A stretch of DNA of 63,342 nt from Phoronis australis (taxonomy: Eukaryota > Animalia > Phoronida), in assembly GCA_002633005.1 (NCBI GenBank), contig NMRA01000586.1, positions 102,536-165,877 on the forward strand, written 5' to 3'. Shown here one piece after another: positions 42,401 to 52,402 of this stretch (position 1 is the first letter of the stretch; the number at the start of each line of letters is the position of its first letter). The translations under genes were made by a program, and so were the position numbers. The notes beneath the pieces are model-generated. The model saw only the letters and a list, made by a program, of their open reading frames with translations. It did no database searches and was not told the origin of the DNA.

Positions 42401-45400
42401 AAGTACTTCATGCTCTAAAAATGGCAAGTGAGCATGCACTTGTGACTAATCCCCAGTTGTACAATATTTGGCCGTGGCGGACCCTGTTGGCGATATTATA
42501 AACTACCTCAAACTTATTCTGTCTGTCCAAGCTGTTGACTTTTGTCAGCCCCACTTAAAACACTCGATATAGCCCTGCTGTACGTGAACTTGGAATCCTG
42601 CTTAATCTCAAGATTTAGCGGAAGTAAGTGTTGCGTAAACTTAGAATACGCTAGGCAACTTGACAACTTCACTCAAATAATCACGTTAATGGTCTTAAAA
42701 ATTTGCACTGCACTTAATCAAATTACATTTGGATAAAATAATGTCAATTTTTACCAACTATTTAAACTACGGGCGATCAGTTTCACCGAACAATAATCGA
42801 TTTAGCCATTCACAATTCCTCCGGTTCAGCTACACAATTTACGCTAAAAGAGAAAATGGTTGATCGCGAGGCCAATAATTTCAAAAATTCTTTTCACCGA
42901 ACAAAAATTTCACCTTTGTGTCTTAAATAATATTCAATTCCAAGTTCACGCATACGCGATCTTGAGATTAAGCAGGATTCCAAGTTCACGCACAACAGCC
43001 CTACGTGGTGCTGCCTAGGTCATTTGTCTCATCATCAGCGAACAAATATAATGGCCAATTAATTGCGGTATCGAGAGAGAGATTGTGGGAACTCTGTGTT
43101 TTTCGGTTAACATTCAAACTCAATAAATGAAAATTTATACCATTGTGTGTGGGCCGTCTTTGTAAGCAAGCCGCCACCTTTGTTTCTAATGGCTCTACAC
43201 GCTGCCGACAAATTAAGTTAAACAATCGCACACGGATTCTGTGCCCGTTCTGAACATAGCGGTCACGCACGGGGGCTGGACAGTAAATTGTCGACATGGG
43301 CGTGAACCGTGGATTGATACCGGCTGTGCAAACAAAATGACACGATGAATCAGAAGCTAGGCTCAGCTGTGTTCTTGGGAGACTTTATGTGATAATTGTG
43401 TTGGGTAAAACAGTAATTTTCACAGCTGGTCTGAATTAACTTGGGGGTTTTCCACAATGGATATCATTGATTGTTGGGTGACGTCATATGCATTGTACAG
43501 ACGCTCACCCAGCGCTACGGATTGTGGGAAGTCGATCAGCTTGCGGCAGTAGAAACCTCTGGGCCTACAGTACGTTAAACCCAATTTTCCTCGAGAAAAG
43601 CTAATGTGATAACGTCCTTCGCTTGTAATGGCGATATCTCGCGAAAATTTGTGTGCACTCGAATTTTCGCGAGTCTCTCGCGCCTCCGTAACGCTGGACT
43701 GCTTCATCCGCACTTCCCATCATTGTGGTACCGATTTCCAGCCAACAGAAGACGGTGATAATAAAAAATGTCTACTGCGTCGTGTTCATGTGTTAGTTTT
43801 TGCTGTGTCTGGCCAGCGTTACATGTATATGTTCCGTTTGTCGGATACACTCACGCTGTCAATAACAAATACTTTGAGCAGTGGCGCCAGGGGCCCCAGT
43901 GCAGAGCTCTCTGGTTGCAACTCAATGTATTTCCCTTCGTCACTTGATTTCATTGAATTCAAAGTAGACATTGAGTTACGCCTTCCTGATGAGCATCTGA
44001 TTATGAGTTTCGAAACTTGACTCTTTATCATAATTGGTATCACAGAAGGTATAGTGTCTCAGGAAGAAACTTACTGCAGATGTCAACAGATCCCAATGGG
44101 CTCCGTAACTGTCAATCATTTTTGAACGTGAGCAGGTTTTTAAACATTTTTACACTCCCAATAGGGAGATGTCTACTAATTTCAAGTTTTAAAACAGTAG
44201 TGTTAAAAACCCTGACGTCACTGTACTGGGGAAGTGCCGGCAATGCCTTCATCTTCCGTCCAATAACGTAGCCAAATACTATATATTATGGAAAATTACA
44301 TTCAGCTGAATCTGAATTGGTTCGAAGATCTCTAGTAAACATCATTTTACAAGTGCCAAGTCGTCTCTGTCAGAGATGCATTGTCACGAATTTACTTTTA
44401 TGCCTTTAAAAATAATTAAGCTGAATAATGTCGTTTTAGCTCATTGTGGAGGAATGGATCGAAGGGTTGACCGGCGGCGCCACATTGGCTAGCCTCTCAC
44501 AACGGACTTTTCGGAATCTTCCTCTTTGCAGGTTAAATTGTGTTTGTTTCATCCTTTGCAGTGTTCAGTAACTTGCGGGAGTGGCACCATGTCACGTGAC
44601 GTCGTCTGTGGTTTGGTATCCAATGGCGCATTTGTTCGCCGATCAGACACTTACTGTGCACACCTTCGAAAACCCACCACTAGGAGGGGCTGTAGACAGC
44701 AGTCCTGCAGAAAAAGATGGGTGACGGGGCGTTGGGGAAAGGTAGTGTTTTTAATGCGTCTCATAAAAAGATGCCCGCTGTGTATTTCGCCTATAATGAA
44801 TCGGTATTTGTAAACTATATTCCAGTAAATACGGATAAACACAAATATCAAAGAACAGATATTAAATCCTACATCTGCTTCCTTTTGAAACATTTTTAAA
44901 AAGTTACGGTATCACTTAACTAAAATTTGATCCAACACCTTTGTACGAATTGGATTACGTTACAATGTAGAATGCAGAGCAAAAAATTCCGTTAACACCT
45001 GATGTCACTACAGTTTTGAAACACTATAGAAATATCGAATTTACTATTATCAAAATCAACGAAAAATGGAACTAAGTACAATTATAACGCTGGTAAATGT
45101 ATGTATATTTGTATTGCAATAATTAGTTTGTTACGATAAATATTTGAAAAAATGTATTGCATTATTAAGAAACAACTTTTATTAATTTGGAATCAACGAA
45201 CTTGGAACTACAAACTGGATGTTTTAGTGCTCTGCCACGTGTGGCTACCTGGGAGTGCGTTCTCGAGAGGTTACATGTTACCACGGCGACGTCAGAGGGA
45301 GCGACTGTGACGAACGACAGCGGCCACATTCACGCGACAGATGTGTGCTTCCAGATTGCCCACAAACAAGTAATTGTTTTTGAAAAATTGTCTCTCTAAA

Positions 45401-47111
45401 GCTTGATTGTTTTTTAATAAAAATTCCGTTGCTTTTTATTTAACCTATTAGGCCTGCTTGCTGGTGTCGTTTATTATTTGGACGGCTCCGTGGTAGGCCT
45501 GTGTGCTGGTTCAGTTTCATACTGTTTGCGTGTCTAGGTCTAAGCACATAATTTTGTATCAAAAATATCTTCTCGGGAACATATGGGCCTAAACATGCGC
45601 ATAAACGAAGTCGTGGTATAGAACACAATTTAAGACTGCTTGAGTTCACATTTCGTTTGAGAATTAATCAGTTGGACGGTGGAGTGTAGTCACGTGGTGT
45701 AAACAAACGCCTGCCAAAATAATAGGCATTCATTTTTGGATATTTTCTGTATTAATAAGACGCGTATGTGGTAAGTTTAAAGACACATGGTTAATCTGAT
45801 CGATTAACTGATGGGGTAGAGTTAAATTAATTTCGAACACCGACAAAACCCAAGAAATATCGGGAAAACTGGCTGTGGTGGATTAGAGCGTGGCGGCGAC
45901 TACACGACCGGTGTTGTAAGTGAACAATGTCGATGGAAAATACTTGTTGTATGCTTGCGCAAAAGTAAGCCGATTCTTATAAAACGTGTATTTCGTTTAT
46001 AAATTTCCACAAAAGTGCAGGTATGTGTTTAAATTGTGATAGCCTGCCTTGGAAAACAGACAATGAATGCTCTTTGCCTGGTGATGTCACTGATGGCAAT
46101 ATCCGCTTATATCCGTATTACATTCCGGCTTATGAAAGAATTTCACCTTTTACCCTTTTTTGGGAACCACAATTGAGAAGCCTCAAATGTGGTCCAGTTG
46201 ATGAGAAATTAACATACATGTATGTGTCACCTACTTCAACGAGTTCATTGGTCAGTAGTAAGATTCAGGTGGCCATTTTGAAATGACCGATTTTTACAAA
46301 ATGTTCGCAACGTTTTCGCTGAGAGAGTTAAACCAACCCATAAGAAGTTCTTTGACCTTAAATGAATCATTCTAGACTTTGTTGCAGTAAGCCTTTTTAC
46401 AATAATGTATTTTTTAAGAGCGCGTGGTGCAGCGGATGTCTGAGAATTTTAACTCTAACCTTTTGCTGAAACATTATGTTCCTACTCTCTGGTTTCGAAC
46501 CCCAAAGCTTTTCTCAAAACGCTTTTAACGCTAATGTAAGCGTTTAACAGACATGACGCCAGACTTGGTGGCCAGGGTTCGTCCTTTAATTCGCAAGAAC
46601 TGCTTTATGTAGATCAAAATGGCCACCAAAATCTCTCAGATCATCGTCAGTTTTGAGACACACGTGACTTTTCACAGTAATGGTCTTGGTTTGACTAGTT
46701 GCGTCTCGCTAGGAACTGGTTCCTAGTGTCAAGTGGTCGAGTGGGTGGAGCGATAGTCAATTTGGCGACTGGTTAATTGGTTTTCCAATGACGTTGTTAA
46801 CACTGACATGACACGCGTGTGGTTGTTTCACAACCTGTAAATTATGACGTCATCCCCATGACGTCACATGCCAGCTCCGCTTTGTTTTCACTTGATTCCT
46901 CATCTCTGTAAGGCTAATTAGCAGTGACTGCGCAAACCCACTTAGACTATTCTGCCGCGAGGTAAACGTTTGTTTTAATTTCCATTGCCTTCTTTTTCCA
47001 GACGAATGTAAGGACGACCCTGGGACCAACTGCTACTCCGTGTCGTCTGCTCAGCTCTGCAGCCATTGGTACTACAAAAAGGCCTGCTGCCAAACGTGCA
47101 CGCGCAGATGA
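20190..47111 (+). CDS. ADAMTSL2: ADAMTS-like protein 2 homolog, full 16-exon gene span (945 aa): SP-TSR1-Cys-rich-spacer-basic linker-6xTSR-PLAC, no metalloprotease domain
   Basis: All 15 introns are GT-AG, phases match, and the joined CDS is 2838 nt without internal stop. Motifs CWQILSAGMDSSVLDHVC, CSAKCGE and CKDDPGTNC...LCSHWYYKKACCQTC closely resemble human ADAMTSL2 as recalled (CWKMLSPGFDSSVYSDLC, CTAKCGE, CQDQPGTNC...LCGHWYYSKACCRSC). Orthology needs BLAST/phylogeny. Confidence 0.88.
22740..22778 (+). repeat. Imperfect (CTT)n microsatellite
   Basis: Directly visible. Confidence 0.85.
28109..28212 (+). CDS. ADAMTSL2: ADAMTSL2-like exon 2 (TSR1 N-half, WGPWGRPSPCSRTCGRGVSQTTRSC)
   Basis: Acceptor TTCTAG (in-frame alternative CTCCAG ending 28120), WxxW and CSRTCG motifs, donor GTAAGT at 28213. 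Confidence 0.9.
28380..28455 (+). CDS. ADAMTSL2: ADAMTSL2-like exon 3 (TSR1 C-half, ...FCGAEFISYSICNHE)
   Basis: Acceptor TTTTAG, donor GTAAGG, phase 2 to 0. Confidence 0.85.
28774..29263. mobile_element. Long-TIR non-autonomous DNA transposon, copy B (intron 3), 9-bp TSD
   Basis: CAGC..GCTG termini; perfect TSD AGATTTTTC at 28765-28773 and 29264-29272. Confidence 0.88.
30392..30484 (+). repeat. (AAT)n microsatellite, ~29 pure units, followed by a degenerate AAT-rich tract to ~30760
   Basis: Directly visible; explains the poly-Y and poly-L ORFs on the minus strand. Confidence 0.98.
30985..31084 (+). CDS. ADAMTSL2: ADAMTSL2-like exon 4 (Cys-rich module start, PCEDGAHLRSQQCAQFN...FSWRPY)
   Basis: ADAMTS R-x-x-QC...W-x-PY motif; acceptor TTACAG, donor GTATGT. 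Confidence 0.92.
31402..31559 (+). CDS. ADAMTSL2: ADAMTSL2-like exon 5 (Cys-rich, DPCSLVC...VDDGTSC...ICVSGKCV)
   Basis: V-x-DGT-x-C and CV-x-G-x-C motifs; acceptor TTTCAG, donor GTTAGT. Confidence 0.92.
33387..33591 (+). CDS. ADAMTSL2: ADAMTSL2-like exon 6 (VGCD...DECGVCKGNGSSC and spacer start IPKGAHHIRI)
   Basis: Hallmark ADAMTS D-x-CGVC-x-G-x-GS-x-C and IP-x-GA motifs; acceptor ATTAG, donor GTAGTT. Confidence 0.93.
34369..34490. mobile_element. MITE family C copy 2 (intron 6)
   Basis: CATAGGCGGAT / ATCTGCCCCTG termini with a perfect 5-bp TSD TTTTA. Confidence 0.75.
34635..34792 (+). CDS. ADAMTSL2: ADAMTSL2-like exon 7 (spacer domain, LHLNG...SETLAGNGVLSDDLILA)
   Basis: Spacer-like LNG and E-x-L-x3-G...L motifs; acceptor TTTCAG, donor GTAAGT; phases fit both neighbours. 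Confidence 0.82.
35300..35978 (+). CDS. ADAMTSL2: ADAMTSL2-like exon 8 (spacer end IRYEY plus Arg/Ser-rich linker)
   Basis: Lies within ORF 35258-35989; acceptor TTACAG; spacer-terminal IRYEY; donor G|GTACAA is weak but gives the phase required by exon 9. Confidence 0.78.
36566..36763 (+). CDS. ADAMTSL2: ADAMTSL2-like exon 9 (basic linker end RKRSRHRR, TSR2 start YSW...ACSSSCEDG)
   Basis: NAGNAG acceptor TACAGCAG, donor GTAAGA, open frame leading into a TSR. Confidence 0.85.
37716..37842 (+). CDS. ADAMTSL2: ADAMTSL2-like exon 10 (TSR2, AYCVRSDGETVSDRYCDYRTKP...CKREPCPAR)
   Basis: TSR cysteine pattern; acceptor ACCAG, donor GTAAGT. Confidence 0.92.
38810..39008 (+). CDS. ADAMTSL2: ADAMTSL2-like exon 11 (TSR3)
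   Basis: WVAGPWNPC...CAPEWKTTKWSE; acceptor CTCCAG, donor GTGCGT. Confidence 0.92.
39511..39663 (+). CDS. ADAMTSL2: ADAMTSL2-like exon 12 (TSR4)
   Basis: CSAKCGEGSQTREVTC...WSTSEWTR; acceptor CTCTAG, donor GTCAGT. Confidence 0.92.
40828..41001 (+). CDS. ADAMTSL2: ADAMTSL2-like exon 13 (TSR5)
   Basis: CSGPCGRGRKTRTVTC...WVPQSWTK; acceptor TTGCAG, donor GTAAGG. Confidence 0.93.
42575..42998. mobile_element. MITE with 40-bp TIRs (intron 13)
   Basis: CTGCTGTACGTGAACTTGGAATCCTGCTTAATCTCAAGAT vs its reverse complement at 42959-42998 (2 mismatches); exact ends and TSD ambiguous. Confidence 0.85.
44562..44741 (+). CDS. ADAMTSL2: ADAMTSL2-like exon 14 (TSR6)
   Basis: CSVTCGSGTMSRDVVC...WVTGRWGK; acceptor TTGCAG, donor GTAGTG. 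Confidence 0.93.
45228..45369 (+). CDS. ADAMTSL2: ADAMTSL2-like exon 15 (TSR7)
   Basis: CSATCGYLGVRSREVTCY...CVLPDCPQT; acceptor TTTTAG, donor GTAATT. Confidence 0.9.
47002..47111 (+). CDS. ADAMTSL2: ADAMTSL2-like exon 16 (PLAC domain, stop TGA)
   Basis: ECKDDPGTNC...LCSHWYYKKACCQTCTRR*; acceptor TTCCAG after a pyrimidine tract. Confidence 0.93.
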
Positions 47112-50100
47112 CGTCAACGAAATCCTAGATCGTCCAGTCTTATCAGGGATGTCTGAAAACGGTTCGGTGCGTGACCAACTGCCAGCTCTCCTAGATCATG
47201 TTTGGTGCAGTTTTTCTGCGCATTCTTCAAGATTGCCACTAAGGAAAAGTAATCCAAGATGTGTGTATCTGAGAGGGATTTAAGGAGCACGTGAACTGTT
47301 TTCAGACCTCGCTGATTTGTGAATTTATTTAATCATTTATTTTTTCTTACATCTTTACTATTTGTGAATGGTCGAAGAAATGCTCGCTAGATGGCAGATA
47401 GAGCAGAGCGTCTCTACGGCCGTCATCATTGGATGCAGTACTTTTCCTGGAAATGACAACATCTCGTCACAATCCCAAGTTTTGTCGTGTTGATGGCTTG
47501 GTTTAAAACGGATGACAATTAGAAGCCAGCCGGTGGATAATTGACCTGACATGTTTGCTTAAGTTTTGGCTCACTTCCAATGAGATATTGTCACTTGCTT
47601 GAAAACTATGTGTATCCTGTATTTATTATCTGTTGGACTATTAGGCTTCACTAGGCAAACGGAATTTCGATCACAGAAGCAATATCTTTCAAAATAATTC
47701 AAGAAGTTTTGTCCAGGTAACACAACTGTGTCACCTGTTTTTTCGCCCACCTGTAATCATACCTGGTTTTAAATCACCAGGCAACCGTGCTGTTGTTTTT
47801 ACTGAGTAGCCCCTCTCTGTTTACCTGCGGCATGATCAGTAGCTTTTCTTAAAGCCATATTGGTAGGACTAATAACTTTTCAAATAAGACGCATTGGGCG
47901 CTACCTTACGGACACAAATCTAACATAACTATTTCAGGTCTTCCTATAATGGCGTTTCAATACCAATGACCATGCGTGGTGTTGTTTTAAAGCAACTGAC
48001 AACCTGCGTCACCAATTTTCTTTAATATCTTTTTGAACGAAGCAGCAGTATATTTCAAAATCCTTGGTAATTCCCGAATCTTGTTAATATCCTACAGATC
48101 AATTGTGTGTAATCACGTCATTGACCCTGTTTTTGTTAAAAAAATCGAGATTTTTACCTGAGGTCAATGAATCAGTAATAATCACATGAACGTTCACGAA
48201 AATAGTTCCCTGCTGTTCTAATCACGTGACTGTATCTTATAAAAATCGTGATTTTTCGTACAGATCGTACTTCCACAGACGTGAATTTTCCTTCAAATCC
48301 TGCAAAATTACGATTCTTTGCTCCATGATATACAAATCGTGCCTGAAATTTTCTGTTAAAACCTCATAGCCCGAGAACTCGGTTATTATGCAAAAGAGCG
48401 CCCTATAAATTTAAACTAACTTCCGGTGAGCTCGCTAGTCTTTCCGGTTTTCCCTACTAACTAAACATGTTGTATCTTGCAAGACTTGAAATGGATATTT
48501 TACTTCATTTTCAAACGCGACGTAATTTAATGTTTAACCGACAACTGCCAACTCTAAATACTCAAATAGCAGAAGCGGACACTTAATATTGGAAACTGGT
48601 CGAATAGTCGCGGTAGGTTTACAACTAGGTAATACAGTGACAAAATCGGCAGGCACACCATCGTGTATCTAATACAATTCAAAGAAGGCTGAAAAATCGT
48701 TGAAGCTTGCTTGCAGTTAAAGGCTCAATCAATTGCTTAACTTTAACTTGCTGCCAAAGCTTTATGGCTTCAAAAATAAAAATCACAATTAAATTATTGA
48801 AACTACCATTAATGATAAAAAATATTTTCGAGTGTGATATGAGACTTGGGAACGAGAAGGCCGAATTAAACTACACAGTGGTCCTTGAATCAAAGACAGC
48901 TAATAAGCTGCCATTCATTGGCTGCCCCGAGTGACGTAGTAGCGTGAAGACCAATACCACGTGCATTGACTTTCCACGTGGCTGTGTGGTTGTGCATATG
49001 TTGCTCAATATTTTGGCATTTTTTAAGGAATTGAGAACAGCGGTTGGGCGCGGTGTTCATAGCGGCTGTGACGACACGGGTTTCAATCACGCCGTGGCAC
49101 TTATTTTTTTCAAGGCAGTTGGCACTCGCGGATTTTGCCGGCCCACTGGGCATATTTCGAATGTCTTCGATAAATTGTGACTATTTTCGCTATTTTGAGT
49201 GACAATTTAAAAATATAATGCATTTTATTCTTAAAGGGACAATTGTCTTTTTTAAAGCCGAAAACGCTTTCCTGAGACTACTGTTGGATGCGGACAGCCT
49301 TTTTGCAGTTATTAAATTTGACCAGAGATATAAAACAACAAAATCCGGCCGGGAATGTCCTTAACGATCAAAGTTTATGATTGCGAAATGCATCGATTGC
49401 TTGGGGCTCGTCCGATTGTTCCTTGACCTATAAAGTAGATCGCGTTATGACGAAATCGTCTTACCCCCGTTGCTACGTCGCTTGAAGGTCCGAGACATTG
49501 ATAATTTCTAATCCTAAAGAAGCATGCTTTACTCCAAATGAGTAACTAACAGTTTCCCAACATCTGCAAAGTATAACATTGGTGGTTGATAACACTTTAA
49601 CGTGCCCGATTCGTCACTGTAGCCTAAAGGTTTGGAAACATCGGTAAAATAACATTTTACGACAGAAGCTCATTTTCTGTCGACTTCATTAAAGTACGAT
49701 TAGGGTTGGCATGACCAAAATGTGAATAGGCGTTCTAATCTTTCTACGTACCATTTCCAGTGAGACAATTTCAAATGTATTTATGTTTCCTGTCAGGTGG
49801 GAAATTTAATAACGAGGTGTAATTTATTGTGATTGTGTAAATTGTAGACTGCTTGATTAATATTTAATGTAACGAAGAAAAGTGCATCTTGACTATCTCT
49901 ATACCAGCTCCAACCTGGTGTTACATTTAGTTACCGTCGAGTGGCGCCACGTCTCGTTGATCTTTTCACTTCACGCAATGCACCAGTCCACTGTCAACAG
50001 TACTGTAGTATCACCGTCGTGAAACTATGCGCTTGTTTACCATGACGTCATTTGGACGTTTTGTTCCCAGGCAGATAAAATTAAAATGTCAAAATGAAAA

Positions 50101-52159
50101 ACAATACTACTAGTTAGACCAGATTTACGTAGCGCTGTAAATTACTGAAAAATTTAAAAAATTATTACGTTGGCATGGACCTGGACAGAGTTCAGTAGTT
50201 AATTTTGTTTCGCGGCTACATTTAAATCCAATCAAAATCAAGTGTTCTCATTTAAAATACACGGCAATATCTCGTGTAATCTCGCGAAGTCTTGGCTTTT
50301 CTGGCGAGGTCCTAACGTCATTTGTAATCATTCTCAACTCCACGGCAGCATACAATGGGTGTAACCGTTGTCGGCGCACACCGCCTGATCCAAGCAAAAT
50401 TTGAAAAAAATAAGTGCTAAAGTGCTCTCGTAGTTAACTAAATAGCAAAAAAATCCAAGACCAGCAAAATTTTTGAAAGTGTGATGCGACTAAACCTCTT
50501 TGTGGGTTCAAATACCCTGATCTTACTGGCAGATATGTCACAACTAACCATTGCCAACGGTTTGGAGTTGCGTGTGCGCATTCCCATGCGGGTTTTGGGT
50601 ACCCTAAATAAATCGATTTTAACATTACCCTCTATGGGGGCCATACATTAAACACATTTTCTCTTAAAATGGCGAGTAAATGATGACGAGCGCTTGATAG
50701 CAATCACACCACAGGTACCTGAATATTGCCCGTCACTATTTGGAAACGGAATCTTTCAGATTATTCATTAAATTACATGCAGTCGAATCCGGAGTGATCG
50801 GCGATTGCAATCTTTTATTTTAATTTTGTTAAGGCTTCGGTTGAAATAATTAAGTATCTGTTACTTAGTAGAAAGAACTGTCTAGCAATATCAATACTGA
50901 CGCGTTGAGTCGACTAAATGAAAACATTCTTTCAAGTATATATCGGACAACTTGGGCATTTTACAATGCTTTCTACAATTGAGCACAAGAGATTCTCAGG
51001 TGTAGAAAAACTAGTTTGTGACAATCCCTAACATGTTAGGATTGATCTGAGAAATGAGCGTGAATTGGTTTATTTGCTCTACTTAATTATTTAAGTGGAC
51101 TTTCATTTTTATATGCGCAAAGGTTTCTGGGGAAAATGTCGACATCAACTTCCCGAGCAGCATGCCTATGCCTGCAAGTCATGTTGTGCTGTGTTTGCAT
51201 GTGACAATCATAGCGCAATCAGCTGCTCGCAGTTATACTATAATATATAATAATTGGAAGTACCGGTGCTTAACGTAATGTTCAGTGAAGACACAACCAT
51301 TGAAGACAAATGAAGCCATCTGATTTACGCAACATGTCCCAAATGCCATAGTCCACTCACCGCAAATCAAATTGGGGCTCCATGTATACTCTCGTAAGAT
51401 GGGTCTCATATTTGTTACGAACACTGCGAGCGCCATTTTAAAATCCGCAATTTATGTACGAATTACACCCAAAATAAATCAGATTTAAGCAGCGTTTTCT
51501 CGAGTCGCTGGTGGTGTTCGTAACTGAGAAGAAATACTGGGACCAAAAGGCCTGGGTCGAATTCGCGGTGAGAAAAATCTAGCCAAAATCACGCGCTCTC
51601 AGAAAATAGGCCAATTCGGCAATATCTCCCTTTTCCTGCGAGACAACGGCGTTATTGAACTCGATTTTATTTTTTGCTAGCTAAACAGGTTGAAATACAC
51701 CTTTAACCTTTAGATGTCGCGCAAGCATGATCTAAGGCACTTAAGCGAACTGCCGGTTCTCGAAACTGGGGTATGGATCAACTTACCAAAAATGATTTTA
51801 TAACGGTGAGTGAGTGGTCCAGGACAAACGTCGTGTTCAGTTTAGCAGGTAGCTAGACAACTGGCCAGAATAGATATTTGTAGGCAAGTTAAGGGAAAGT
51901 CCTTGGTAATAATCTGTAAAGGACACAGCCCAAGTTTTAGGCATCAACCCCCCCCGTCCGGTAAATAGGGACCATATCGAAACTTCATAACATCTGGTTT
52001 TCAGCGGGCTGTCGCATTTTCAGGTTTCAAAGGTGGCAACAAAAATGCCCGGTAGTGTAATGCCAAGGTACTAGCTTTGACAATGACGACAGAGTGTATA
52101 ACACAAACTATAAATATATTGCTTAAGACTAGTATAAACTTTCATGACAATATTAGTAA

Positions 52160-52402
52160 CAGGCGCGCACCCAGCCTTCAATATGGAGGGCTCGAGTTGT
52201 TGACGTCGTGGACCTTTTGCTAAGATAACTGCGGACGAACTAAAAAAAAAAGAAAAAGAAACGGGAGCACCACCGCGAAGTGCGCGTCAGCGCTTACTTA
52301 GTGGACTTTTTGTCCCATTTTCTCTGACATTTTATCTCTCAGGGGCGGACCTGTTTTGCCCACTTCAAGCCCCCCCCCGAGCCTCCCCTGGGTGCGCGCA
52401 TG
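52160..52402. mobile_element. MITE family B copy 3 (right half repeated at ~53358-53509 in the duplicated block)
   Basis: CAGGCGCGCACCCAG / CTGGGTGCGCGCATG; shared internal GTGGACTTTT...GGCGGAC; TSD not evident. Confidence 0.72.

Noticed and set aside
46843-46868. Paired TGACGTCA (CRE) sites
   Set aside because: The motif recurs many times across the window, often in repeats; no evidence of function
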